A stretch of 62,013 bases of DNA, counting the filler, from Hausera hauseri (lineage: Eukaryota): the NCBI GenBank assembly GCA_046269625.1. It is 10 parts of 10 records of this genome, joined end to end, with 100 filler letters (N's around TTAATTAATTAA, not from the genome) between each part and the next. Parts side by side here need not be neighbours in the genome. Positions count along the whole stretch, not along the records: positions 1 to 6,126 come from JBJURY010136872.1; positions 6,227 to 13,872 come from JBJURY010003347.1; 8 more parts are not named here. One strand, written 5' to 3'. The position numbers and the translations under genes are program-made. The notes under the pieces are model-generated. The model saw only the letters and a program-made list of their open reading frames with translations. It ran no database searches and was not told the origin of the DNA. Shown here piece by piece: positions 1 to 11,860 of this stretch. Every line of letters starts with the position of its first letter. The stretch's first letter is position 1.

Positions 1-2
1 AA

Positions 3-2480
3 TGTCTTATTGGCTGATTGGTGCCCTCCAAGTAATCCATCGTGATATTGAGTTAACAGCACTGCTCTATTTTTCTTGGGAATTACTAATGCAGGTCCGT
101 TTTGACTAATAAAGTACAGAAATCCTTCCTTCTCCTCGTACGCTTCGCTAAAGTGAGCCAGATGACGGGTTAACTCTTTGTCAACGGGCACGGTTTTATC
201 TTTTATGTATTTCCTAATGGCTCTTATTTCTTCATCTTCATTTTGATTTGCTTTAATCTTCTCAACTGATCCATCCATACTCCATACAGCTGCGACTACT
301 GCCTTGGTTTCTGTTTTGTCAGGTAGTCTCGACAAGTAATCGGCATTAGCATTTCGCATGCCAGGCTTGTACTGAAAATTCAAGGTATATAGTTGCAACT
401 TTAAAGCCCATCGTAGTAATCTGCTATTTGGATTTTCATGTTGTTTTAGCCATTGCAGTGGTCTATGGTCCGTATAAATTACGAGCGGTTTGTTCTCACT
501 AATATACGGTGAAAATACTTCCAAGGCGAATATCACTGCTAATAATTCCTTTTCTATTACAGCGTATTTCTTTTGATGCTTATTAAGTTTCCGTGAAGCG
601 TAAGCTATAGGGTGTTCCTTCCCATCTTCGCCCTTTTGTGACAGTACTGCTCCTATTCCATAATCACTTGCATCCGTTGCCAAGATAAATGGTTTGGTCA
701 TATCTGGATAGACTAATATAGGAGCCGTTAATAATTTATCTTTTAAATATTCGAAAGTTTTCTGACATTCGTTTGTCCAAATGACCTTATCTAAATCTTC
801 GCGTAGTAACTCGTATAGAGGTCTCGCAATTCTACTAAAGTCCTTTATAAATCTTCGGTAATAGTTCGCTAATCCTAGAAACTGACGTAATTCTCTAACT
901 GTACCTGGCTTAGGGAAATCCTTTATTTTTCCTAAGAGCTTGTCTTGAGGTTTTACACCATGTCTATCTACCTTATGCCCGAGAAAATCTACCTCTGCTT
1001 GTGCAAACGAACATTTCTTGGGGTTTATCTTTAAGCCCATTATTTCACATCTATCAAAGAGATCCTGCAAATCCTTTAAATGTTGTCGAAAGTCTGATGA
1101 CGGAATTATTACGTCGTCTATATATACCATAGCATGTGTGGCGTCTAACAGCAGGAGCTCTGTTCCTCTTTGGAACGTTGGAGGTCCATTCTTCAGTCCA
1201 AAGGGTATCCTATTGAACTCCCATAATCCTTCTCCGATTGAGAAGGCTGTCTTCGGCTTATCTTCTTCTTTTACCTCCACTTGCCAATAACCCTTTTGCA
1301 GATCAATAGTTGTAAATATAGTTGATCTATGTAGTTTGTCTAGTATCTCGTCGATTCTCGGTAATGGGTATGTGTCTGTTTCCGTTATTTCATTCAGGGC
1401 CCTGTAGTCTATGCAAAATCTCATACTTCCATCTTTCTTTTTAACCATTACTACCGGCGCTGTCCATGGTGAGCAGCTTGGTCGAATTATCTTATTTTCT
1501 CTCATCTCCTTTATTATTTTGCGAGCTTCCTGCTTCTTGTCATATGCCAGTCGGTATGGTCTCTTCTTAATTGGTTTATCTTGTCCATCCTTCAACTTAA
1601 TAACATGCTGTATTACTTTCATGGTACCGAGATCATAGTCGGTTTGTGCAAATCGACTGGCATTCTTTTCTAATAATTTAACTAACATTTCCTTTTCTTC
1701 CTTACTTAGAATTTCACATTTTTCTAACCTTTCGTTCCAATCAATATTCGTGGTTTTATTTCTTTTGTCTTCGTCTGGTTTCTTTTTCAACTTTTTTGTC
1801 ATCATCTTTTCTATTTTATCCACGTCTGATATTACTGAGTAGGTTCCTTCTTTTATTATTTCTTCCGTTGTGATTACCTTTCCTAATCTAGTATCTTTTC
1901 GTAACCGTTTTTCTTTATTTGTCGTGTTGCAACTACGTAAATGGATTTTCCAATCTCTTACTTTATCTACGTGAGGGGCAATTAGGACTTCATACTTTTC
2001 CGTGACTTGTGGGAATGGTTTGAAATAGATAATCTCCGGTTGTGTTAGACTTTGTATTGTTCCGGGGACTATTATTTCGGATCGTGGTAGGATCGTAATA
2101 TCCTTTATTAATGAGACCATTCCTTCGTTACGGTCTTCGTTGAACGTCTTCAGTTGACATGTTTTCATGTCGATATATGCGCCCTTTAACTGGTTCAATA
2201 CGTCGCATCCGATTAGGGTTTCGTTAGTCAAATTATCAGCTATTCTTATGGTGTGCTTGACGATCTGTTCACCAATCTTAATTTTTGCATCCAGGACCAT
2301 TTTAATTTCTTCATCTGTGCCAAATGCTCCTACATTCACTAATGTAGTCGTCGGCCTTCGCAATTTTCTTTTTAATTCTTTAGGCAATTGGCTCCTTCCC
2401 ATTATCGTCGTTGTGGACCCAGTATCTAGCAGGGCCATCATGGGGTACCCATTTACCTCTATTTCTATTTCAGGCCTTAC
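3..2480 (-). other. pol: Pol region of the polyprotein: aspartic protease (~2190-2480), RT (~870-1570), RNase H (~310-700), integrase zinc-binding start (<110)
   Basis: DTG and LIGCD protease motifs, YIDD, TDAS/EKELLA/TDHRPL/ADYLSR, and HDGLLGGH. The PR-RT-RH-IN order is Ty3/gypsy. Confidence 0.95.
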
Positions 2481-5400
2481 CGGTGTTTGTCGTTCGTCTT
2501 TTTCATCGACGATGTATGTGGGTTCACGTTTATAAGGAACTATATTTTCATCAAGATCTTGCCTCATCTGTTGTACTTGTTGCATAGGGTATAATCCTGT
2601 ATGCACCACATATCGAGGTGCCGAAGGACTTATTAACGGTTGTTCATTATACATTTGCCCATGATACTCGTCCGCAGGAGCTAACTGAGGCAGGTCAGTT
2701 ATTAACCTTTGTCTGTACTTAGGCTTTCGTGTCTTTAACATTAAATTTTTAATACTAGGTACTCGTTTCTTTACTTTCACTTGATTATATTCCACATCAT
2801 TATCATTGGGTATACTATACAGGGATTCTTTCATGTCTCTCCTTTTTAGTATTTTCCTCTTCCATTGTGCGTCGTGGTTCGCTAAGAAACAACTTGCCAC
2901 CGCCGGTATTACCGCTATTAGAATCTTCCATGAGCATCCTACTGCTGCATGAATTCCGTAGGCTTTACCTAGTGCCGTAAATACTGTGCGTATCGCACTA
3001 ATGATAAAATATATCGCTAGAAAACCGGAGGCTGCTTGACCAAAATATAAGAACTTTCCCCACATCTTCTCCATTACATTTTTCGTTACTTTCTTTAAAT
3101 AATCTTTACCCATCAGGTTTTCCCATTGTGGTGATCCTTCGCCGTCCCACATTACTTTCCTCGTTAATTCGGTTATGACCCTCTGCCGTTGTTGGGGAAA
3201 CAATAACATACGTCGGTAATCTTCTAGATTTTGTTGGGTATAAATTCCCCCTTGCGATATTCCAGTCAATGGTTCAAATTTCTGATTTCTTTGTAAATTA
3301 ATTAAACTTAACATCTCTGGTTTAGTTACCGGCTCTCTTTTGGGCATTCTAATCCATTTATCGTTATCGATCTTGAACATTGGTGACATGTTGAAGGTGC
3401 AATTATATAATGGAGTAGGTTTCACGTTAATCTCTAACAATATTCTAGTTACTGGCATAACATATCTCGGTTCGGTATGGTAAATCACAGGCAATTCCAT
3501 CGTACATTCTTCTGTGGGTCTAATTGACACTTCTACTTTTTTACATTCTATTGTTATTAATACTTCACCCATTATTCTGCCTATAACTCCATCACCGAAA
3601 GGCATCACTGGCGCCACCATATCTGGATTTGTTATCACTAGTGCCATTTTATTACGCATTATTTCGTAATTTAACTTACACTCGTTCATTATTATCTCAC
3701 GATATAAACTTCTAATTTCTTTCCTTACGTAATTGATCAGAAAGTCAATCTTGTTATCGAAGTACTGCGTTAACTTTACATCTTTCTTATCGATTTTAGT
3801 TTTGGCACCGGGTATTTCTTTTCTTGATAAGAAAATACCCTTGTAATTCGTTTTCGTTACTTCTTCATTACATTTAGTTGCTACTCCCATGATCTTAAAT
3901 CGCATCATATCTTCCGGATTTTCTGAGTATACAATTGTAGCTACTTCCGTCATCTTGACTTCCTTCGTTCCTTCTTTGTACGTCGCTGTCTCTTTTTCTG
4001 CTGATTTTCCTACAGTTTTATTAAATTTTCCTTCCTTTAACAACGTTAATTGACATTTACTTGCTATGGTTTCCCATGTCATTTTTGACTCCCCAGTGTC
4101 ACATTCTCCGTTATCGTACTCGCACTCACTCATAGTTGTCATCAATTTTGTTTGCGAGTCGAACAACACTTCATATTCCTTTAACTGAATCTGGTAATCT
4201 TCGATAGCTACCGTTCTAGGCGCAATAGTGCCTCCTACGTCATAATCCACTCCTTTACACGAACCTTCTGCCGTTTTATCTATTCTTCCTGCCCGGTATA
4301 TTCTGGTATATTTAATTCGATTTCGTACTGCCGGTATGTGCGCGTTTTGGATCGTAATAATACCAATCTTAAAAGCGTCTTGGCACTCGGCTCGTGATAT
4401 AATAATTGGTTCAAAAGGTGTCGTAGGCTCAATTATAGCTGAATTTCCAGAATAGTAAGCACAATTGAACAGAAAGAAGGACCTCTTTACATAACATTCT
4501 CTGACCTTTGCTTTTATAAACTCCGACTCTTGATATACCCAGTATGTGAGACCACTTGTCGTTGTGAGTTGTTCCGGATCAGCTTCTGGGCATTTCTCCA
4601 GGTCTACTAGAGAGTACTTTTGACCTTCACTAGGTTTAGAGCAATCGTAGGCTACTATACCTACTGCCTTTGGCATAAGCAGTGACGTTATTAACAAAAT
4701 TTGGATAATTTCCATCATCGTCATGCCTGTCATACCTGCTCTAGTGGCGCCTGGTTGTGTCGGGACTGGCGTCTCTATTAACCTTTCTCGTTCTCCAGGT
4801 CGTATTACGTTAGTCATCAAACTGCTTAGCCATCCACCTCTACATTGAGCCCAATTACCTAACGTATCTTTCAAAATTTTTACGGCTGTTCGTATATTCC
4901 GTTCTATTTCTTCTAAGTTTTGCGTTTGATGATTTATTACTATTATTTTATATAACAGATACGATATCGCCGTTCGAGCTTTCTCGCGTGTAATTCCGGT
5001 TGCGAACATTTTCTCTAAGATATCCATCTCGTGCAGTTCATTTATTCGTTCTTCCTCTAAGTTTTCATAGAACTGCCGACTTATTCGTAACATATGATTG
5101 TGTAACGTTGTAAATAATTCATCTGGTATCATTGTCTGCATATCAAACGAGGCGAATGATGTATGTAGTCTAGCCAGTAATGTTCTCAATAATGGGTCTA
5201 TGTCCACCGATTCCGGGGTACCATCTGTTCCTGCCAATAATAATCGTCTTACTATTTCTTCGTTTCTATCCTTTCTATTACGTATATCACTTATTTTCGT
5301 TCCTTTTGGCCGGCCTTTTCTCTTAGCTTCTGTTTGAACTGTGACATCCTGAGTGTCAACCATAGGATTCCCTACTTCCTGTGGTTCTAGTTCCCTTAGA

Positions 5401-6125
5401 ATATTTTCTACTGTTGCCTGAGCTCTAGCCTCTGGGTGTATTTCGGTTATCGTTATTGGGTTGTAGTTTTCACTTCTACATCCAATTCTCAATAATGTAT
5501 CGTAGTTATATAACGTCCTTCCACCATAATTTAATCCGTAGGGGCTTCCTTGATAGAAAGGCTCCACTTCCTCTATCTTCCCCCTTAGACTTTGTATATC
5601 GTCTGCTTCGTTCATCCTTATAACCCTTAGGTCATGATTTCCTTCCCTTATTGTTATCCGTATAACTTCATTTCTCCCTTTTTCGTCCTCAGCAGCTTTG
5701 GCTAATACCGTCCTGGCTATTTCTCTAACAGGACTGGTATCTTGGGATAATAGCACCAATTGACGTAGGATCTCATTCATCCTCTCTGGCGTTATCTTGT
5801 TGGTTAGTATCTTCAATATCGTAGTAATCGTTTTATCTACATCAATTATATTATCGGGATCAACCGTCAACACTGCCTGAATGATGTCTTCTTCTTCGTC
5901 TAAATCTACACCTGGATTCCTTATTACCTGGTCCAATATAGTATCATCAAATAATGGCGTGGATTGTGTTTCTTCTGGACTGAATGAGGGTGAAGGTGTA
6001 CTAATATTACTCTTCTTTCTTCCTCTTTTCTTTTCTTTCACTATGTCTCCCCTCTCTGTTGACGTTTCTCTTGATTCTACTTCTTCTTCAACTATTTTCT
6101 TATTGCCTTTCTTTCTTCCTTTACG
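3..6125 (-). CDS. Ty3/gypsy polyprotein, partial at both ends: UBL - AT-hook - signal peptide - class III envelope glycoprotein - TM - PR - RT - RNase H - integrase N-terminus
   Basis: Hand translation finds no stop over 2041 codons. Motifs all in one frame: KRKGRPKG, IVAYDC (4641-4658), FGQAASGFLAIY, ALLDTGS (D at 2424), RFCIDYRALN, PFGLKN, MVYIDD (1113-1130), TDASDYGIGAVL, NANADYLSRLP, HDGLLGGH. Confidence 0.93.
2880..4733 (-). other. env: Envelope glycoprotein domain (chuvirus-G/gB-like class III fusogen) inside the polyprotein
   Basis: Signal MMEIIQILLITSLLMPKAVG|IVAYDC. Cys-rich ectodomain with CYVKRSFFLFNCAYYSG, a central helix YFDNKIDFL...LYREIIMNECKL, GEVLITIECK..CTMELPV..PVTRIL, and GGIYTQQNLEDYRRMLLFPQQR. 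C-terminal hydrophobic segments at about 2880-3040. Confidence 0.85.
5439..5666 (-). other. Ubiquitin-like domain within the polyprotein, no terminal GG
   Basis: 76 codons VIRITIREGNHDLRVIRMNEADDIQSLRGKIEE...YGLNYGGRTLYNYDTLLRIGC...ITITEI. Matches the ubiquitin pattern (DTIENVKAKI; LIFAGKQL; TLSDYNI). Confidence 0.75.
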
Positions 6126-6126
6126 T

Positions 6127-6226
6127 NNNNNNNNNNNNNNNNNNNNNNNNNNNNNNNNNNNNNNNNNNNNTTAATTAATTAANNNNNNNNNNNNNNNNNN
6201 NNNNNNNNNNNNNNNNNNNNNNNNNN
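6127..6226. other. Artificial contig linker; also at 13873-13972, 18364-18463, 22520-22619, 30687-30786, 38338-38437, 43067-43166, 47515-47614, 55148-55247
   Basis: Identical N44-TTAATTAATTAA-N44 with stops in all six frames. Confidence 0.99.
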
Positions 6227-8220
6227 ATCCCATGACTAATCTCCGAACCACTTTGTTTGTTTCCTTCCCTGAAGGGAGGGTTGCAGAGAACATAGGGCAG
6301 CTATAGAAGTAACAATGAAATTCATACACAAACCACAAGAGTAGATGACCGGAACAGATCAAAACTGCCATACTGAGTTAACAAAAATAAGAAACGACCA
6401 TCATCTTAGCTTTGGGGAAGCTAGATTTGTAAAGGAATTGCTCGACGCGATAGATCCTGACTCAAAAATCCTAAACGAAATGTACAAGGTAACATTACTA
6501 TTGGTAGAAATGGCAGAAATTAGTGATGAGAAGATGAGACAGTTGATGCCTCAAATACGACAGGCTGAAGAAACGTGCATTAGAATCAAAAAAGAGCAAT
6601 AAGGTTAGACGAACTAACCAAAGAACTGGACATTAATAGAAATAAATATGCATTTACTGAGTCAGGACTTAACTGAAAGACAGAATTCGTACAGAGGTGG
6701 CAAAGAGATGTAATAGTCGAACTGACTGATTATCATCAAAATGAACTCATTCATTCTGATAAACTAGGCAAACTATTGAAAATGATCCAGTATGTCTGTG
6801 AAAACGGAACAGGCTTCCAAACTACAAATGAAAGAAATACAACCAAGATTGAAAGAAATTCGATAGAACGTGCAAAGAACAAATACGGCACTAGTAGACT
6901 ATGGACTTCCGGAAGTTGGAAACAAACCAGAATGGGATGCGTACTTAGATGCTATAACTACAGAAAGTCCGATGACTCCGGTGCAACTAAACGAAACAAA
7001 AATGTATACACAGAACAGGAGATTCAATGTGAAAATGCTACTGGACTCAGCTCTAACTGAAAAAGATTTGATCGATCTAATTAAAGAAATATCTTTGAAA
7101 ATAGATTAAGACAACTTATTCCGACTCTAAATAAATTATCTAGTGAGAACACAATTTATAGCGCGGTGCCGAAACTTTTAATAAAAAATATGCTAAAATA
7201 ATAAGGGCTAAACCTGAGGTAATAATGAAAGTAACAGTATCATCCAAGTGTATGGATGAAAAGGAGTGTGTGTTATCTACATATTCCTATGTGAGGGATG
7301 TAAGAGAATGGTTAACAAATAATGGTGGAACAAATGAACTAAACTATAGATTCTACTTTAGAGGTAGAATACTGGACGATTTAAAACAGTTAATAGACGC
7401 TGGTATTATATCCGACAAAACAAACCGAATAATAGTAATAGTAGCTAATGAGCAAATTTAAGAAGAAGCCACGCGTAAAGCTAAGACAGAACAATGCGTA
7501 GGACAAATCATAGGAGCCCGAGACGCTGCAATGTATTTCGAGTATTTGCAAACGGATGAAGATAAGGAACAATATGATAAGAATTTAATGCCACAAAGGG
7601 GAATGATAACAACTGCCCAAAAACAGAAACGCCCGGTCGGTAGACCCAAGAAGACACGAGAAGAAGTTGACTATAACCGAAAATTGATTAGAAAATTGAG
7701 ACAGATGTCAGTTCCTACCTTAAGCGTAGACAACGAAGAATTAAGCGAGTTAATGGCGAATTTAATAGGCATCGTAAATTATTTAAGCCTCCATGGTGAC
7801 GTATTAGATGAAAAAGAGAAAGCGATATTTAACGCAGATCGAGTGGTGAGAAATTCTCGTTTTAAATTGTCAAAAAATATCCTAACAGACAAAATGGTGA
7901 TCGAAAAGATCATGGCGGAAAACACCATAGAGGAACTAAGAGGAAGTTAGCTACCAAAATAAATCATAGTCGAGAAAATGAGCTATAAGCTTAGCATAAA
8001 GACCGGCTAGAAAATTGCCTTGCGAAGTAAACTGGTCGAGGTTATTCGATAAGGATGAAGACAAACGATGTAGTAATAAATAATAGACCCAAAGATACGT
8101 TACATAATCTGACGAAAACGGACAATAGCAATCGGAGCAACGAATCTAATTGGCTAATCAGCTTGCTCACATTGATGATGTCAGTAAAACAGGTAGGTGC
8201 AATCACAGTTTATGACTGCG
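6227..8220 (+). pseudogene. Decayed fragment of the env-in-polyprotein family: linker, UBL (7225-7450), AT-hook (~7620-7650), signal + ITVYDC, truncated at ~8220
   Basis: ORF 7225 ...YRFYFRGRILDDLKQLIDAGI is UBL-like. ORF 7531 has KQKRPVGRPKK. WLISLLTLMMSVKQVGAITVYDC at 8150-8219. Alignable at DNA level to 25560-27500 (-). Confidence 0.8.
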
Positions 8221-8299
8221 GTTAGTACGGTTATGAGTGCCATCCGAATAATACCTAAGTTCGGCGGCATCTGCACGACACATTGGACATGTGGTTTTT

Positions 8300-10650
8300 C
8301 CATTATCTAAAGTCCAGGTTTCCAGACAAGCTCTACAATATTTATGTCTACATTACTTGTTGTTTAACTTAACAAATCCTTGGCTGATAATTTCTCTAGA
8401 GACAAGGCAGTGGTCCTCTTCTTCGTCTGTATTTTCCCGATCTAAATCGACTCAGTGAATGACCTGTTTGGGTTCAAATACCAATCCGTCTTGGTCTTGG
8501 TAAAGGTATCCATAAATTAACTTTGGTTTTGGGTCTATAGAACTTTTACGGAGATCGTAATTTACTGATAAGAGAGTCCAGTCTACTATAGTATCCTTGT
8601 CCAAATTTGTGTTATGTTTTTCTTTCTCATAGGCTTGATGTTGTTTCTTTAGTAACATTTTGATTGGTTGATCTACTGGTAATGGTAACTTTCCATTCCT
8701 TTTTGATTAAAATATTGGGGCAAGGTATTTTCCGGCTTTGGGTTTCCAGGTATATACTAGTCTTCCAAGACTTCGCGTGTTTCTAACATTTTGACGTAAA
8801 ACACAGTTTCCTTGATCTGCTGGTGACTACAGTACTCGGCCATATCTAGTATTTTTGAGTAATTGTTTTGGGTAGCATAATGTACATTTTCAGTGAATCT
8901 TTTCTTCTGCAAAATATTTACTTCTGCAAACATTTGCATGAATCTGTCTCCTGAACTTCTTTTGTTAGTCGCGGCTTTAACTTTTCTTCGCATCGGTTCG
9001 GTTTTCGGCACATCTGCCTCCTTAGGCCGAATTTCCTTTTTGGTTGTGAGAATTTCGGATTCTTTAATTTTCTGCGGAGCTAGAATTTTAGGTTCTTTAG
9101 TACTCTTCGGTAATTCATTCTTATTTTCGGTATTCTTTTTCTTCCTTCTGAATAAATAATTGTAAAGGGATAGCTTTCTCTTTGGGACGAACGCTGGTAT
9201 CTACATTTTCTGCCTCTTTGGGGAGTTTTCTACTTATCCATTTTGGGAATATTTCCTTGGGGTCTCTGGTATTTTGAATTCAGTTGAGGTCGTTGTTTCT
9301 TGGTATTTCTTTTTACGACTGAACTACACATCTAATGACGATTTAGTTTGATTTTTCTCTCGAATAGAACTAAATCCATAGCTGGTGCTAGGTTTATTTT
9401 CTTGTATTTTGTTGGGATCAACGATTCTATATGGAAAGTACGGTCTGTAGTGTTTTTAGTGTTTCTTACTCAGTTTTTCTGGACTAGTGAAACTTCTCAA
9501 GTTCTGTTCTGGGCTTGTGGGGATCCATTCATGGTCCCATTTTAAAGTCATATATATCACGCAAGTACTGTGTCCGTTGGCTTGCGGTTAATAACTTGCT
9601 AATTTTAACGTGTTTGCTATTCACTGCGTCGTCCATTAATTTGAAGTATCTGTCTGTAACTTTTGACATTGGGTAATTTTTTCTCGCAACGTCAATTTTG
9701 TTTGTTCCGCGACTACGGGGTGTTATCTTATCTCGTATCTCTGGGATGCTTGAGCGGGGTATTTCCAACAATTCAACATAAACAGTGTTCTAATTTGGCT
9801 TGGACTTGTTTAATATCTTCACCTCTCGCAAAAGGTTTCTTTGCGGATTTTTGTTGTATCGTAGTACGTTTCACGCACGCAATTTCTAGGGCTAATAGTT
9901 TTGCAATATATTTCTCTTCCGTTTGTTTTTTGTATTGCAACTTAAATCGGGATTTCGTGCGCATGGCTTCCATCTCCGCAACTAATCGCTATTATCCTCG
10001 TGTTTCGGGCATCCGATCCTAAGTTGTAAGATTGCCTGGCGGTTTCTATTTCCTTCTCTGATGGTTATTGGCAAAATCTCAAAGGTGGTAACTGGACATA
10101 GAGGTAATCTTCATAAGTCACTTCAAACATTAATTTTACAGTAAGTGCAGCTACTTGGAATTCTAACTCGTAATGACACAGATCTCCACCACATAGAAAA
10201 AGGGTACTAAATCTGTACTGTCTTCCACTATTGGCATTTCATGTCTGATCTTTTATCCGATAATATTTCTCACCGACTGCTAGGTGGATAAAATGCTGTG
10301 GTGATGAATTGGTTCGTATTTAATCATTTGCTTTAAAGAGTATTCCCTAGCGTCTTTGTTTTCTCTCACTGAATATATATACACGATACGATTTTCTTCT
10401 GTTATGCCCTTTAAGTTATTCAGAATCTCGCTTGTTTGGTTGTATTCGACGTATGTATTTTCGTGTAGCTCGTCGTTTATTTGTCTGAAGATCGATTTTG
10501 AATTTGGAATATATACGGTTGCACGTTTCTGGAGGAACTCGTCGATACTATATCGCCCTTGTTCTTTAGTGGATTGCGGTCCGCCGATTCTACATCGGCG
10601 GGGTTCTTTTCTCGAGGCTTTTTCGTTACTCATCAATCTAAAAAACAAAC
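8300..10650 (-). pseudogene. Further decayed accessory ORF remnants of unknown function (basic/helical)
   Basis: Chain of minus-strand ORF fragments 10280-10648, 9773-9973, 9529-9771, 8757-9011, 8452-8658. A diverged second copy of 9620-9830 lies inverted at 13495-13704. Confidence 0.4.
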
Positions 10651-10735
10651 AGAAAGGGTTAATCTTACAACAAAGTATGGTCTTGAAGTAAAATCAATTC
10701 TTTGTCTGATGATAGAATAACCCGCTCTGTATTTG

Positions 10736-11860
10736 TCAGGTTATTCTATCATATGGGTCAACAGTGGTTTCCGATTCCATTAGTTCCCATTCTGTGGTTT
10801 TAGGGCACTTACAATAATAATTTTTGCCAACTAATCGAATAATCGCGATTAATATAATGAGAACAAATGTTGATATTCCGACAATCGATAAGATTGATAA
10901 AATGGTTAATTCCATTAGTGCTTGCGTGGTAACTGGAGTTGTGATTTCATCGCCGTTGATTTCGTATATATGCGATTCTGTGCAAATTTCATTTAAGGCA
11001 CGCAATGTAAATGTTTGATTTTGTTTATCTTTTGCATATACTTGTATCATGTAATTGGACTATGGTTTTAACAAATTGCGCTCTATCTCTTAAGTATTTT
11101 CAGTATTGTTACATTTTGATCATTATACATTGTTCGGCAGCTTATATGGTTATAGTAATTTATTTTCTCTTCTACAGAGAACACAATCCTAGATCAATAT
11201 GTCAAATATTTAATGGGTATACTCTCTAGTTCTCTTTTACAAGTTTTTCACCGACGTAATGATTTCTGTAACGGCGCTAATTTGAGTAGTTGGCTTTCCG
11301 GTTGTCGTCTTCATCGGAATCGTCCATATTCTATTTTCTTGGTAGTACGTTGGCAAATATATGATTGATTCATTTGGTCGTACTTGGTATAAGTCAAATC
11401 TTATCTTAAATTCTCGGTTTACTGGCAGTTTACAACACGGATGTTGCACACCATCACGAACAGAACAGTATTCTATTTTTGGGGTTTACCCGTTTCTCCT
11501 TCTAAAACGATGCTAATTTCTTGACTAAACGTTAATCCTGTTTTGGCGTCTACTTGGATGCATTGTTTTTCCTTCTTTATTGAGATCCTTTTGATATTTT
11601 CGTCTAATAGGCATATATTTGGGTCAGTGAAATGTAGCATTTTGTCGAATTTTGCTTTGAACCGTCGGTCTAGAGTAGGTGCAGCTAAGTGAAGTTGTGG
11701 GTAAACTTCGATATAGACCTTAGATGAATCTTGTAGGTACAGTCGATAAGTAAGGACATAGATACTTCCGTAAATTATGTCACAGAATTCTGCGTAATGT
11801 CGTGGTTTAAAGTCACAGTTATTTACTTCATTTCTTCCCTTGTCGTACAATACTACTTGA
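10736..11860 (-). pseudogene. Decayed type-I membrane protein ORF downstream of integrase
   Basis: Consecutive same-strand ORF pieces (11473-11860, 11237-11449, 10736-11050) with Cys/beta-rich blocks, Thr-rich linkers and TM LTILSILSIVGISTFVLIILIAII followed by RLVGK..CKC. Confidence 0.5.

Noticed and set aside
2880-4733. Glycoprotein as a stand-alone chuvirus endogenous viral element
   Set aside because: It is in frame with Pol, sits at the same position in divergent copies, and has no adjacent nucleoprotein or L-protein sequence.
1018-6174. Plus-strand ORFs listed in contig 1
   Set aside because: Antisense shadows of the long minus-strand polyprotein ORF.
6127-6226. Recurrent TTAATTAATTAA within N runs, and ORFs ending in XXX-LIN
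   Set aside because: Artificial six-frame-stop linker. Adjacency of features across linkers has no biological meaning.
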